Shown here: in pieces, positions 1-7,833 of the stretch | How the letters are laid out: each line of letters begins with the position of its first letter | How positions within the stretch are numbered: position 1 is the stretch's first letter | From: Bdellovibrionales bacterium | GTDB lineage: Bacteria > Bdellovibrionota > Bdellovibrionia > Bdellovibrionales > UBA1609 | Assembly (NCBI GenBank): GCA_027317865.1 | Contig: DAHVQG010000002.1 | Location: 192,001 to 256,000 of the forward strand | Reading direction: 5' to 3' | DNA: 64,000 nt | Translations under genes and position numbers: made by a program | The notes under the pieces: model-generated | What the model was told of the DNA's origin: nothing | Databases searched by the model: none | What the model saw: the letters and a program-made list of their open reading frames with translations, nothing else

Positions 1-542
1 GCCATGAGCATTGCTAAAATGCCAGTTCCCGTACCGATATCAAGACCAGACTTACAGTGCGCGAACCGCTTTTGCTCTTGAATTAAAAATCGTGCGGCAA
101 GCTTTGTCGTTTCGTGTGTGCCCGTACCAAAAGCCATGCCTGGGTCGATACGAATAACACGCTCGGCCTGTGCGGGTGTCGGCCGCCAACTCGGGACAAC
201 CCAAATTGTTTGCTCGTCGTTGAGTGGAAAGGCTTCATATCCTTTCTTCCATTCTTCAAGCCAATCCTTCTGCTGTTCAACTTGCAAAGTGAATTGGGCA
301 CCACCGTACTTGATCTTGAGTTCCTCGATCCATTTGGCCGATGGTGGTGACTCAAAATAGACTTTCAGCGAAATTAAATCGTGCGGCAGCGGCACGGGTT
401 CGTACGTCTCGCCCGTTTGCGAAAAGGGCAAATCCTCTGTAACGCCACAGGCACCGTTATCAAACGCTACAGAAGTAAAAATGTCGCTTTCTAAAGGAGT
501 TAAACCGTCAACAGTCAAAATGAAAAAATTGTCGCTCGCCAT
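1..542 (-). CDS. prmA: Ribosomal protein L11 methyltransferase (partial; 3' end runs off the window)
   Basis: Not in the ORF track. Manual translation from the ATG at 542 gives MASDNFFILTV...KDWLEEWKK...WVVPSW...IDPGMAFGTGTHETT...LDIGTGTGILAM, which contains the PrmA signature and SAM motif I. Confidence 0.93.
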   Translation of the reverse strand, partial: MASDNFFILTVDGLTPLESDIFTSVAFDNGACGVTEDLPFSQTGETYEPVPLPHDLISLKVYFESPPSAKWIEELKIKYGGAQFTLQVEQQKDWLEEWKKGYEAFPLNDEQTIWVVPSWRPTPAQAERVIRIDPGMAFGTGTHETTKLAARFLIQEQKRFAHCKSGLDIGTGTGILAMLM

Positions 543-577
543 GGCGGGCCCACTCTAGCAAACTCGCGCTCTTATGG

Positions 578-1159
578 CTATGGCGCGATCGGAACTGTAG
601 CTTTCGCATCTGCAACTGTCGGCGATGTGGACTTTGGCCCCTTGATTTTTGCGCGCTTTGCACGGGTCTTTGCCTGAAGAGATGCAATAGCCGTTGCCAA
701 GACTGACTTTTGCACCTTCGCGTTTGAAATCGCTGCAGTTTTCACAGAACCCATATGCCCAGTTGATAGATCAACATGATCGCCAATCATGATCGAGTCG
801 TAATCAACGGCTGGACTATTTTCATAGTTAGCCAGTGCAACAACTCGCCCCACACTGAGATGATGTTGCACGTGAATGAGCCGGATTTTACCGACGGTAA
901 AGACAAGATTATTGAGCGCCTTATTATTATACGTGTCGTATAGGGTTTGTTGTCGTTGTATCGAGAGTATTTCGCCCACTTTTAAACCATCAATTGAACC
1001 CGCATTGATATAAATATCTTTTGGCGGATGCTCGTTGTTGGTCATGGCGATCGGCCGATGCTCAGCAAACACAATTACACTTTTTGCATGAGCAACTGTT
1101 GATGCATATGTTATAAATAGGGTAAATAATACGGTTCGTAGTGACGCCGGCATCGGCAT
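578..1159 (-). CDS. Secreted protein with a FlgT C-terminal-like beta domain
   Basis: Signal peptide ending AHA; IYINAGSIDGLKVGEIL...VGKIRLIHV...SVGRVV...IMIGDHV resembles the FlgT_C pattern; Lys/Ala-rich tail; lies directly downstream of the flagellar operon. Confidence 0.55.
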   Translation of the reverse strand: MPMPASLRTVLFTLFITYASTVAHAKSVIVFAEHRPIAMTNNEHPPKDIYINAGSIDGLKVGEILSIQRQQTLYDTYNNKALNNLVFTVGKIRLIHVQHHLSVGRVVALANYENSPAVDYDSIMIGDHVDLSTGHMGSVKTAAISNAKVQKSVLATAIASLQAKTRAKRAKIKGPKSTSPTVADAKATVPIAP

Positions 1160-1162
1160 ATC

Positions 1163-1192
1163 TAACCCTTCCCTGGTTATGGCCGTCCTGGC
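1163..1192 (-). promoter_or_regulatory. Tandem CsrA-type GGA hairpins, one over the RBS of the 578-1159 gene
   Basis: mRNA reads GCC-AGGAC-GGC, then UAACC-AGGGAAG-GGUUA ending 3 nt before the AUG. Confidence 0.6.
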
Positions 1193-1254
1193 GCATGTCT
1201 CATCGACAAATTATTGTTATACAGCCCTCATAGCTGCCACTGATTACAATGGAT

Positions 1255-1282
1255 GATTCGGATAATTGAAACGGCGACTTAA
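1255..1282 (-). promoter_or_regulatory. Candidate sigma28 (FliA) promoter
   Basis: TTAAG-N15-TCCGAATC compared with the consensus TAAA-N15-GCCGATAA, about 95 nt upstream of the 578-1159 gene. Confidence 0.35.
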
Positions 1283-1296
1283 GAGCGCGCTTTGCC

Positions 1297-1327
1297 AAAA
1301 TGGTCCAGTCGCGTTTATAGCCGGACC
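1297..1327 (-). terminator. Possible weak intrinsic terminator after fliW
   Basis: GGUCCGG-12 nt loop-CUGGACC followed by AUUUU just past the fliW stop. The large loop and short U tract make it weak. Confidence 0.3.
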
Positions 1328-1333
1328 GTTGTC

Positions 1334-1852
1334 TTATAATTCGGCGTCACGCTGAACGCGAACAACACCAATGTGTTGGGCTTGAGCTTTAAATGACGTA
1401 GCTGGATTTTGTACAATCCGCTGCTGAAGCTTTGAAAAAATCGGCTCGCGAATCGCAAGCGAGCTGTCTTGTAAAACGCATTGCCGTGCGATTTTCTTTT
1501 TGGGGTTTACAACAATCGGAGCCTTTAAGTTGGCCGTCATCTGCGTTGGATCGACGGGAATCGTGATAATAGTGAAAAATCGCGCCTCGTCCATCGACGC
1601 AAATCCTAGAGATTCGAAATCTGACTTTGAAAGATCAACAGTATAATGAGGCGAGAACATTTCTGGCTCTAAAACCGGAAACGCTATTTCTGAATCTTCG
1701 CAACTTTGAAGCCATGCAAAGATATCATCGTTTGGATCGTCCAAAAGTACAAACCGGCGCAGATGTCCAAAGCCGAGTAAGCCTTCGGCAAATTCAAGCA
1801 CGTCATCCTGAGTGACGGCCACATCCCCAAACCGTGTCGTTTGGATAGTCAT
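1334..1852 (-). CDS. fliW: Flagellar assembly factor FliW (CsrA antagonist)
   Basis: TTRFG...F.EGLLGF...WLQS...AF.V..P...TANLKAPIV.N motifs; adjacent to csrA; start moved to the ATG at 1852 behind a GGAGGGGG SD. Confidence 0.95.
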   Translation of the reverse strand: MTIQTTRFGDVAVTQDDVLEFAEGLLGFGHLRRFVLLDDPNDDIFAWLQSCEDSEIAFPVLEPEMFSPHYTVDLSKSDFESLGFASMDEARFFTIITIPVDPTQMTANLKAPIVVNPKKKIARQCVLQDSSLAIREPIFSKLQQRIVQNPATSFKAQAQHIGVVRVQRDAEL

Positions 1853-1938
1853 TCCCCCTCCATTTTCGAGGATGCCCTTAAAAATATGACACCGCAAGCC
1901 TAAATATAGGGAAAAATCTATCCCATTGGCGAGTTCAG

Positions 1939-2235
1939 CTACTCGTCGTCACTTGCTTTTGCGCTAATTGATATGCCTTTTTTTGGCGTAACACCGTCAG
2001 ATAAGGCGTCTGATTTCAACAGTTGCGAAACGGCACGCGTTGCGTCAGGGCGCGCAAGAGACGCGTCTTCATTTTGCTTTTTGATAGCTTGGTAGACCTC
2101 TTCACGGTAAATGCGCGTTTCTTTCGGCGCCTCGATACCAAGGCGTACCTGTTTGCCGCGGATTTTCTCAATCCGAATTTTAATATTGTCGTCGATTGTT
2201 ATACTTTCGCCCAGTTTGCGTGTGAGAACCAGCAT
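1939..2235 (-). CDS. csrA: Carbon storage regulator CsrA with the C-terminal extension of FliW-associated CsrAs
   Basis: MLVLTRKLGESITI...QVRLGIEAPK...IYREEVY..I...N..A. Confidence 0.97.
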   Translation of the reverse strand: MLVLTRKLGESITIDDNIKIRIEKIRGKQVRLGIEAPKETRIYREEVYQAIKKQNEDASLARPDATRAVSQLLKSDALSDGVTPKKGISISAKASDDE

Positions 2236-2354
2236 TGTGAAAGGTCTCCTTCAACATCCTAGTCAAAGACTATTCTGTGACCTTAACGGCAGCATCTTGC
2301 CGCCACTTTAGCTAAACTTTGGTGGGTAAAATGTCAAGGTTAACGCGATTGCCA

Positions 2355-3449
2355 TCACGTTTGTACAAAATCCATAAGACTTTTTTGCAGAATCTTACCG
2401 GACGTCTCGAGGGTTGCCTTGAGCGCGTCCTGTGCTTTGTTAATGTTACTTACGACATGAAATACATCAGCATCTTGAAGTTGCGAAATCGCTCCCTTGT
2501 CATCAACAAGATGCGTGTGCATGGAATTCAGCGTGCTGTTAATCGCTTTCATTCTAGAACCCAATGCTGAACGTGCAATGATCACTTGCTGTAAAGCATT
2601 TCCTAAATGATCAATCGACTCTTGAATTCCTTGTCGGTCATTTGTTGAAAGTGCGATTTGAAAATTCTTAAGCGCATTTAATACGTCCACTCCGTTTTTA
2701 GGTGGAATTGATTGATCTAATGGCGCGACATTTTCGCTGATTCCAATCGATGCCGGCCCTCGCGTTGATAGATCGGGTTGATTAATATCTCCACTGTTTT
2801 GTTTGCCGAACAGTTGGGGATCTTGTGTTTCTTGCTCTTTGAGTTGGCTGAGAGTTCGCGCCTGAGTCGGATCATGAAACCGCAAGCCGTCGGGCGAAAG
2901 TCCTTTACCCAAAAATGCGACTGACCCGGGCATATTCATGGCCATGTACGTGTCTTTATCGATATTGACTTTCATCTCGCCGTTATCGCCGCGATAGTAG
3001 CCATTCTGATCAAATGGCGGACGGGTGGTATCAAACCCGCCAAATATAAAACGATCGCCTAATTGCCGGTTACCAATTTGAATTGCCTCGTCATAAAGTT
3101 GTCGAACTTCGACGGCAACGCTCCGACGTGTCTCCGGGTTTGCACTGCCATCGTTAGACTGGCTAATTGCCAACTCTTTCGCGCGAATTAAAAGGTTAAC
3201 CAAATCTCCGAGCGACTGCGCAGAATATGCAAGAAAACTTTTAGCGTAGTTTAAATTTTTGATGAATTGCTGAGTCGCGCGCTCGTCAGTTCGCTCGCTC
3301 AACACTTGCGTAGCGGCGACCGGGTCGTCGGACGGCTTTGTCACTCGCAGCTGCGTAGCCGCTTCGTTTTGGTACTTTTCAAGTTCAGCCCGATTGCGGG
3401 CGATCCCGCGGTTGACTTGATCATAGGCCATAATATCGGCAACTCTCAT
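2355..3449 (-). CDS. flgL: Flagellar hook-associated protein 3
   Basis: Flagellin-like N-terminus (KPSDDPVAA), GN...GDRFIFGG, C-terminal QKSLMDF; follows flgK. Confidence 0.95.
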   Translation of the reverse strand: MRVADIMAYDQVNRGIARNRAELEKYQNEAATQLRVTKPSDDPVAATQVLSERTDERATQQFIKNLNYAKSFLAYSAQSLGDLVNLLIRAKELAISQSNDGSANPETRRSVAVEVRQLYDEAIQIGNRQLGDRFIFGGFDTTRPPFDQNGYYRGDNGEMKVNIDKDTYMAMNMPGSVAFLGKGLSPDGLRFHDPTQARTLSQLKEQETQDPQLFGKQNSGDINQPDLSTRGPASIGISENVAPLDQSIPPKNGVDVLNALKNFQIALSTNDRQGIQESIDHLGNALQQVIIARSALGSRMKAINSTLNSMHTHLVDDKGAISQLQDADVFHVVSNINKAQDALKATLETSGKILQKSLMDFVQT

Positions 3450-3474
3450 ACTCTAATAACTCTCCAATTGCTCA

Positions 3475-4896
3475 CTAATCTTTGAGATGCATTACCGTGT
3501 TCATCATCTCATTTGCCACGTTGATCAACCTCGCTGAAGCTTCAAACATTTTTTGATACTCAATCATTTTTTCTGTCTCTTCATCGAGGCTCACGCCGCT
3601 TATACTGTCACGGATATTTTTAATTTGATCCACGATATCTTTCTGTGAAGCCTTTTCTGAATTAGCGCGAGCCGAAGTCGCCCCAACGTCGCCGACAATA
3701 TTATCGTAGAACCCGTCGAACGTACTTTGGCCCTTGCCCATTGCATTTTGATACTCAAGAGATGATATGAGGTTCGCCACGCGGTTGTCGCCAGGAGCGT
3801 TCGGCTGCGCTGCCGCCACTAAGCGACCTGGATCTTCAAGTACAAGTTGATTAACGGCCATTCGCGAAGCGGCGCCCTTTTTATTACCGACGACGAATAA
3901 ATCCACCCCAGGGCGGTTCAACCGATCATAGCCAGACTTATGAATTTGGTTAATTTGAGTTGCGAGCGTGTAGGCAAGGTCATCGACTTTGTCGAGTGTG
4001 TGATTAATGAATTGATCGCGAACTTGTAACAGACCCCCTAACGAACCACCTGTGATTTGTTTTGTAACAACCACCGGCGTTCCGTCGTTAGTGGCCTGAT
4101 AAAATATATCAACGTCACCTTCGGCCTTGCCCTTGCGACCTGGTGTCGACTCAACGGTAAGATTGCGATGCATAGATCCTGATACTAATATCGCGGAGTC
4201 GCCGGCAGTTACGGTGAGTTCGCCGGTTTTACTTTCCGCGTAACGGATATTGATCATTTTGCCGAGTTCTCTAACGAGCTCATCGCGTCGGTCACGTTCG
4301 TCATTAGCCGTAACGCCGTCAATCTCGACCGCCGCAATTTTTTTATTAAGCGAAGCGATTTCACCAGTTATTTTGTTTACGTTTGCAACTTCGTTGTGAA
4401 TTTCAAAATCCGCTTCGCCTTGAATATGCTGGAGGCGCCCGCTCACACCGCGAAAATCTTGAGCCATGAATTTTGCTTGTTCTTTAACCTGATCGCGTAA
4501 CGCGACATTTTCCGGATCGTTTGACATTTCTCGATAGGCATTAAAAAAGGCGTCAATAGACTTATTAAGGCCACCGTGCTGTTGCTCATTAAATACCTGA
4601 TCGACCCGCCCCAATAAACTGGCCCGCGCGTCCCGCTCTCCCTCGACGTTAATCGCCTGTTGAAGTTGCTTTTCAATAAAAGGGTTATGGATTCGTACAA
4701 TTCGCTTTGCAACGGCTCCGTTACCGAGAAGCAAGCGCCCGTCGACCGTTGGGTTAGCCGTTTCGATATCGACTCGCTGGCGGGAATAACCGGCTACGTT
4801 TTTATTGGCGATATTATGGCTGATCGTCTGAAGAGCCGTTTGGCTATTCATCATCGACTGCTTGCCGATATCCATGATCGACCAAATTCGAGACAT
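3475..4896 (-). CDS. flgK: Flagellar hook-associated protein 1
   Basis: SHNIANKNVAGYSRQRV and SGVSLDEE...MIEYQ motifs; start at ATG 4896 behind CAGGAG. Confidence 0.96.
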   Translation of the reverse strand: MSRIWSIMDIGKQSMMNSQTALQTISHNIANKNVAGYSRQRVDIETANPTVDGRLLLGNGAVAKRIVRIHNPFIEKQLQQAINVEGERDARASLLGRVDQVFNEQQHGGLNKSIDAFFNAYREMSNDPENVALRDQVKEQAKFMAQDFRGVSGRLQHIQGEADFEIHNEVANVNKITGEIASLNKKIAAVEIDGVTANDERDRRDELVRELGKMINIRYAESKTGELTVTAGDSAILVSGSMHRNLTVESTPGRKGKAEGDVDIFYQATNDGTPVVVTKQITGGSLGGLLQVRDQFINHTLDKVDDLAYTLATQINQIHKSGYDRLNRPGVDLFVVGNKKGAASRMAVNQLVLEDPGRLVAAAQPNAPGDNRVANLISSLEYQNAMGKGQSTFDGFYDNIVGDVGATSARANSEKASQKDIVDQIKNIRDSISGVSLDEETEKMIEYQKMFEASARLINVANEMMNTVMHLKD

Positions 4897-4901
4897 CGTG
4901 T

Positions 4902-4939
4902 CTCCTGCCTTTTTTGCGAAATTCATCCGTGAATTTCGC
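4902..4939 (-). promoter_or_regulatory. CsrA-type hairpin plus GGA-containing SD in the flgK leader
   Basis: Perfect stem GCGAAAUUC-ACGGAU-GAAUUUCGC followed by CAGGAG overlapping the SD. Confidence 0.65.
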
Positions 4940-4972
4940 GCGCAAAATTCATTTTGCGCAAATATCGGGTTT

Positions 4973-5485
4973 CTATACCTCTTTACTTACCAATTGCCCG
5001 GAATCAGCCGGCGGCGCCACCATACCCCCCGATTTTCGGTAGGTGGGTTTATCACGCAGTTGATTACGTATGGAGCCAATTGCACCCGTGATATTTTCAA
5101 GGGCTGAATTTACCAACGCTTCATTTTGCTGATTGTGCTCACGTACACGACGTAACAGTAATTCCAATACCGATTGCCGACTACGTAACCGCTCGCCCGG
5201 CTCGCCGTCAAAATGCCGGGCAAAATCAATTAGTTTAGTTTGTTCTGGTAGGCCTTCAGCTTCGGCCAATAGGCGGGCTGCTTTTTGCCGCTCATCTTCA
5301 AGTTGACGGGCCTTAACCAACATTGTTTCTTTGGAATGATTGTTTTCGTTGAGCGCCTCTAGCTGCGCTGAAATTAAAATTTCGCGCTCTTGCCGAACAA
5401 CATTCAAAATCCCGCGATAAACTTTAATCAGATCGTCGAGAGACCGGTCGAGGTTTTCAAAAGCTTCTCGGGATTCTTCTTTCAT
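4973..5485 (-). CDS. flgN: Flagellar export chaperone FlgN
   Basis: Helical 170-aa protein between flgM and flgK; N..N..L...L pattern and terminal TY...G. Confidence 0.85.
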   Translation of the reverse strand: MKEESREAFENLDRSLDDLIKVYRGILNVVRQEREILISAQLEALNENNHSKETMLVKARQLEDERQKAARLLAEAEGLPEQTKLIDFARHFDGEPGERLRSRQSVLELLLRRVREHNQQNEALVNSALENITGAIGSIRNQLRDKPTYRKSGGMVAPPADSGQLVSKEV

Positions 5486-5503
5486 TTCTCCATCCGTTTT
5501 AAT

Positions 5504-5821
5504 CTAGTCCGAGTTGTTATTCATTTTTAAGTGTTCGTCGACCAACCGATCGGCGATCGCCGACGAATCGACATTATACTTGCCTTCATCTATCAACTTT
5601 TGCAGACGCGCCACTTTGGCCTCGTTGATACCGTTTGGGTTTGCGAGCATTTTTGCTTTTTGTAAGGCTAAACCGTCAGGCGACATTTGCACCTGCGCCG
5701 AATCAAGCCGGTCCGCAATTCCCGTCCGTTCTTTATTACGAGCATTTTTCATTTCAAGATCGCCAAGATTTTTCAAATGCGCCGACATCAAAGCTGAATT
5801 TTTCGTATTGTTTATTTTCAT
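5504..5821 (-). CDS. flgM: Anti-sigma28 factor FlgM
   Basis: C-terminal KVARLQKLIDEGKYNVDSSAIADRL matches the FlgM motif. Confidence 0.92.
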   Translation of the reverse strand: MKINNTKNSALMSAHLKNLGDLEMKNARNKERTGIADRLDSAQVQMSPDGLALQKAKMLANPNGINEAKVARLQKLIDEGKYNVDSSAIADRLVDEHLKMNNNSD

Positions 5822-5882
5822 CCCCGCTCCTTCTGCTATTACACCACGCGCCGAACTCGAGTTATCATCTTATAATATCGTA

Positions 5883-6563
5883 TCATACTGAGACATTGAT
5901 TTGCCATGCTAAACCTTGCGCTGTGGGAGCAAGAGTACCTAGCTTTTCGCCTGCACTCAGGCGTTCGCCCGGAACTAAGTCGCGACAATGCCCGACAAAA
6001 CTCAGAGTCGAGACAAGACCATTGTCGTGGGCGAGTTTAACCGTTTGACGGTCGTCATTGTGGCGAAAAGCCTGCAAAACCTCGGCGTCTAACGGTGACG
6101 TGACGTCACGAGACTCCAGTTTTGCGCCGTCATTCCACTCATATAAGAAGCTCAACTCTTTTTGCTTACTCGATTGCGGGGACGCCAGCGGTATGCCTAG
6201 AGGTTTTTTATTTTTTTCAATTTTGAACCGCACGTCCTTATTAATTGGAATCGGCCCCTTGATTGGTTGTACGGTGTTTGGGTCAAGATATCTATCTTTG
6301 AGTTGATTGTAGATCAATTGAGCAAGACCAACGCCACCCTGTTGGGACCATTTATCAACGTATTGCTGGTCCAATTGTTGACGGTAGAGCTGTTGGGCGA
6401 ATGTCGGCTTCTGGGCCGGCACAATCGTCTTACGCATGGCCTTAACCATTTCGTCAAGAAAGTATTCTTCATACTGCTTTGAAACGGCTCGCGCCCTGGC
6501 ATCTTCATTCTGCACGGGAGGCTGAAGAGACAATCCGTGCGCGACTTTAAAAACTTGGGCCAT
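5883..6563 (-). CDS. flgJ: FlgJ rod-binding protein with a degenerate M23-like C-terminal domain
   Basis: QYEEYFLDEMVKAMRKT...LDQQY...GGVGLAQLIYNQL is the rod-binding domain; no glucosaminidase domain. Confidence 0.85.
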   Translation of the reverse strand: MAQVFKVAHGLSLQPPVQNEDARARAVSKQYEEYFLDEMVKAMRKTIVPAQKPTFAQQLYRQQLDQQYVDKWSQQGGVGLAQLIYNQLKDRYLDPNTVQPIKGPIPINKDVRFKIEKNKKPLGIPLASPQSSKQKELSFLYEWNDGAKLESRDVTSPLDAEVLQAFRHNDDRQTVKLAHDNGLVSTLSFVGHCRDLVPGERLSAGEKLGTLAPTAQGLAWQINVSV

Positions 6564-6617
6564 ACAAGCCTCCGTGCGCCGGCTTTGTAACGCTGTCGCC
6601 GCCTCGCACTCTAGTTT

Positions 6618-6821
6618 AAAAAAATGAGGGAAAGTGAGTCAGGTGCTACGCGCATCCTGCGCGCTCTTCCAGCAAACTATCGGTAAACTTATCACCTAAA
6701 CATTTGCCCCATGTCTCCTGCCAGACATCTGGAATCTCTTGACCATCCATGGCCAAACGCTCTCTAACTCACTCCTCCCCCCGGGCGAAAAATCCACCAC
6801 ATCCATATGTCAGATTTTTCG
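6618..6821 (-). ncRNA. Putative CsrB/RsmZ-like structured RNA element (multiple GGA hairpins) in the flgI-flgJ spacer
   Basis: Hairpins carrying AUGGAUG (6786-6821 and 6739-6756), CAGGAG (6711-6728) and CAGGAUG (6649-6663); outer stem 6764-6782 pairs with 6626-6642 and is followed by U7. Confidence 0.55.
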
Positions 6822-6824
6822 TTT

Positions 6825-7832
6825 TCATATAACCTTCAACTCCGCCTGCAGTGCGCCTGCGGCTTTAATAGCTTCTAAAATTGTAATCAAATCTTTCGGC
6901 GAAACACCCATTTGATTCATCGCTTTTACAATGGCTCCGACGCTTGCCGAGTTGTTCAGCATAAACATTTTGCCGCCTTTGCCTTTGGATTTTTCCGAAT
7001 TGCCAACGCGAATTGACAAATTACCGTGCGAAATAGCAACGGGCGAAATTTTAACGCCGCTGCCAATCACAACAGTTCCCGTATTTTCATCCACCACAAC
7101 TTCAGCCTTCATATCAGGTGAAACATTCAAGTTTTCAATCGTTGCAAGAAGTTCAACACCTTTGCCTTCGTATGAAGGGGGCGTGATGAGATTAATCGTG
7201 CCCGCGTCAAGAGCCGAGGCATATTGGCCGCCGAGCTCCATGTTAATCGCTTTTACGATTCGAGCTGCCGTCGTAAAATCGGGATTGTGCAGAGTTAAAC
7301 GAAACATGTTTCGGTCGGCGAAATCGCTGCCGAGATCGCGCTCAATGATCGCGCCGTCGGGTATGCGCCCAACTGTTTCATGAACACCGCCTGAATTCGA
7401 CCCGACAAGAATTGACCCTTGTGCTACCGCGTAGGTTTGTTGATTGGCAGCACGTAATGGAGTTTGAACGAGCATTCCCCCACGCAAACTTTTCGCATCG
7501 CCGATCGAACTCACCGTTACATCAATTTGGTTGCCGGCGCGTGCAAAAGGCGGGAGTGTCGCAGTCACAATCACGGCCGCCACGTTTTTTGTGGCTAAAT
7601 TTTTATTATTTAATTTCATTCCTAATCGGTCGAGCATGCGACCGACGCTCGTATTCGTAAATGGCATTTTGTTGTCGCCGGTCCCAGCGAGGCCCACGAC
7701 GAGCCCATATCCCACCAATTGATTTGTTCGCACGCCACGGACATTCGCGATATCTTTTATGCGCTCCGCGTGAGCATTCAAGCCCAATGCGACAATTACA
7801 ATGAGTATTTGTAAAACGATAAATGCTCGCAT
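6825..7832 (-). CDS. flgI: Flagellar P-ring protein
   Basis: RIKDIA...GVR.NQLVGYGLVVGLAGTGD and KAAGALQAEL motifs; start moved to ATG 7832, which gives a signal peptide. Confidence 0.97.
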   Translation of the reverse strand: MRAFIVLQILIVIVALGLNAHAERIKDIANVRGVRTNQLVGYGLVVGLAGTGDNKMPFTNTSVGRMLDRLGMKLNNKNLATKNVAAVIVTATLPPFARAGNQIDVTVSSIGDAKSLRGGMLVQTPLRAANQQTYAVAQGSILVGSNSGGVHETVGRIPDGAIIERDLGSDFADRNMFRLTLHNPDFTTAARIVKAINMELGGQYASALDAGTINLITPPSYEGKGVELLATIENLNVSPDMKAEVVVDENTGTVVIGSGVKISPVAISHGNLSIRVGNSEKSKGKGGKMFMLNNSASVGAIVKAMNQMGVSPKDLITILEAIKAAGALQAELKVI

Positions 7833-7833
7833 G

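Noticed and set aside
83-360. Short ORFs in the supplied track at the window start
   Set aside because: They are shadows of prmA (minus strand, 542 to beyond 1), which the track missed because it has no stop in the window.
6677-6706. ACCGATAG sigma28-like -10 inside the flgI-flgJ spacer
   Set aside because: No acceptable -35 at 15-16 nt spacing, so not called as a feature. An internal promoter remains possible.
6618-6821. Spacer as tRNA, 6S RNA, SRP RNA or c-di-GMP riboswitch
   Set aside because: No T-arm GTTCRA or cloverleaf, no single long rod with a central bubble, and no recognisable SRP or GEMM core by eye. An Rfam scan is still needed.
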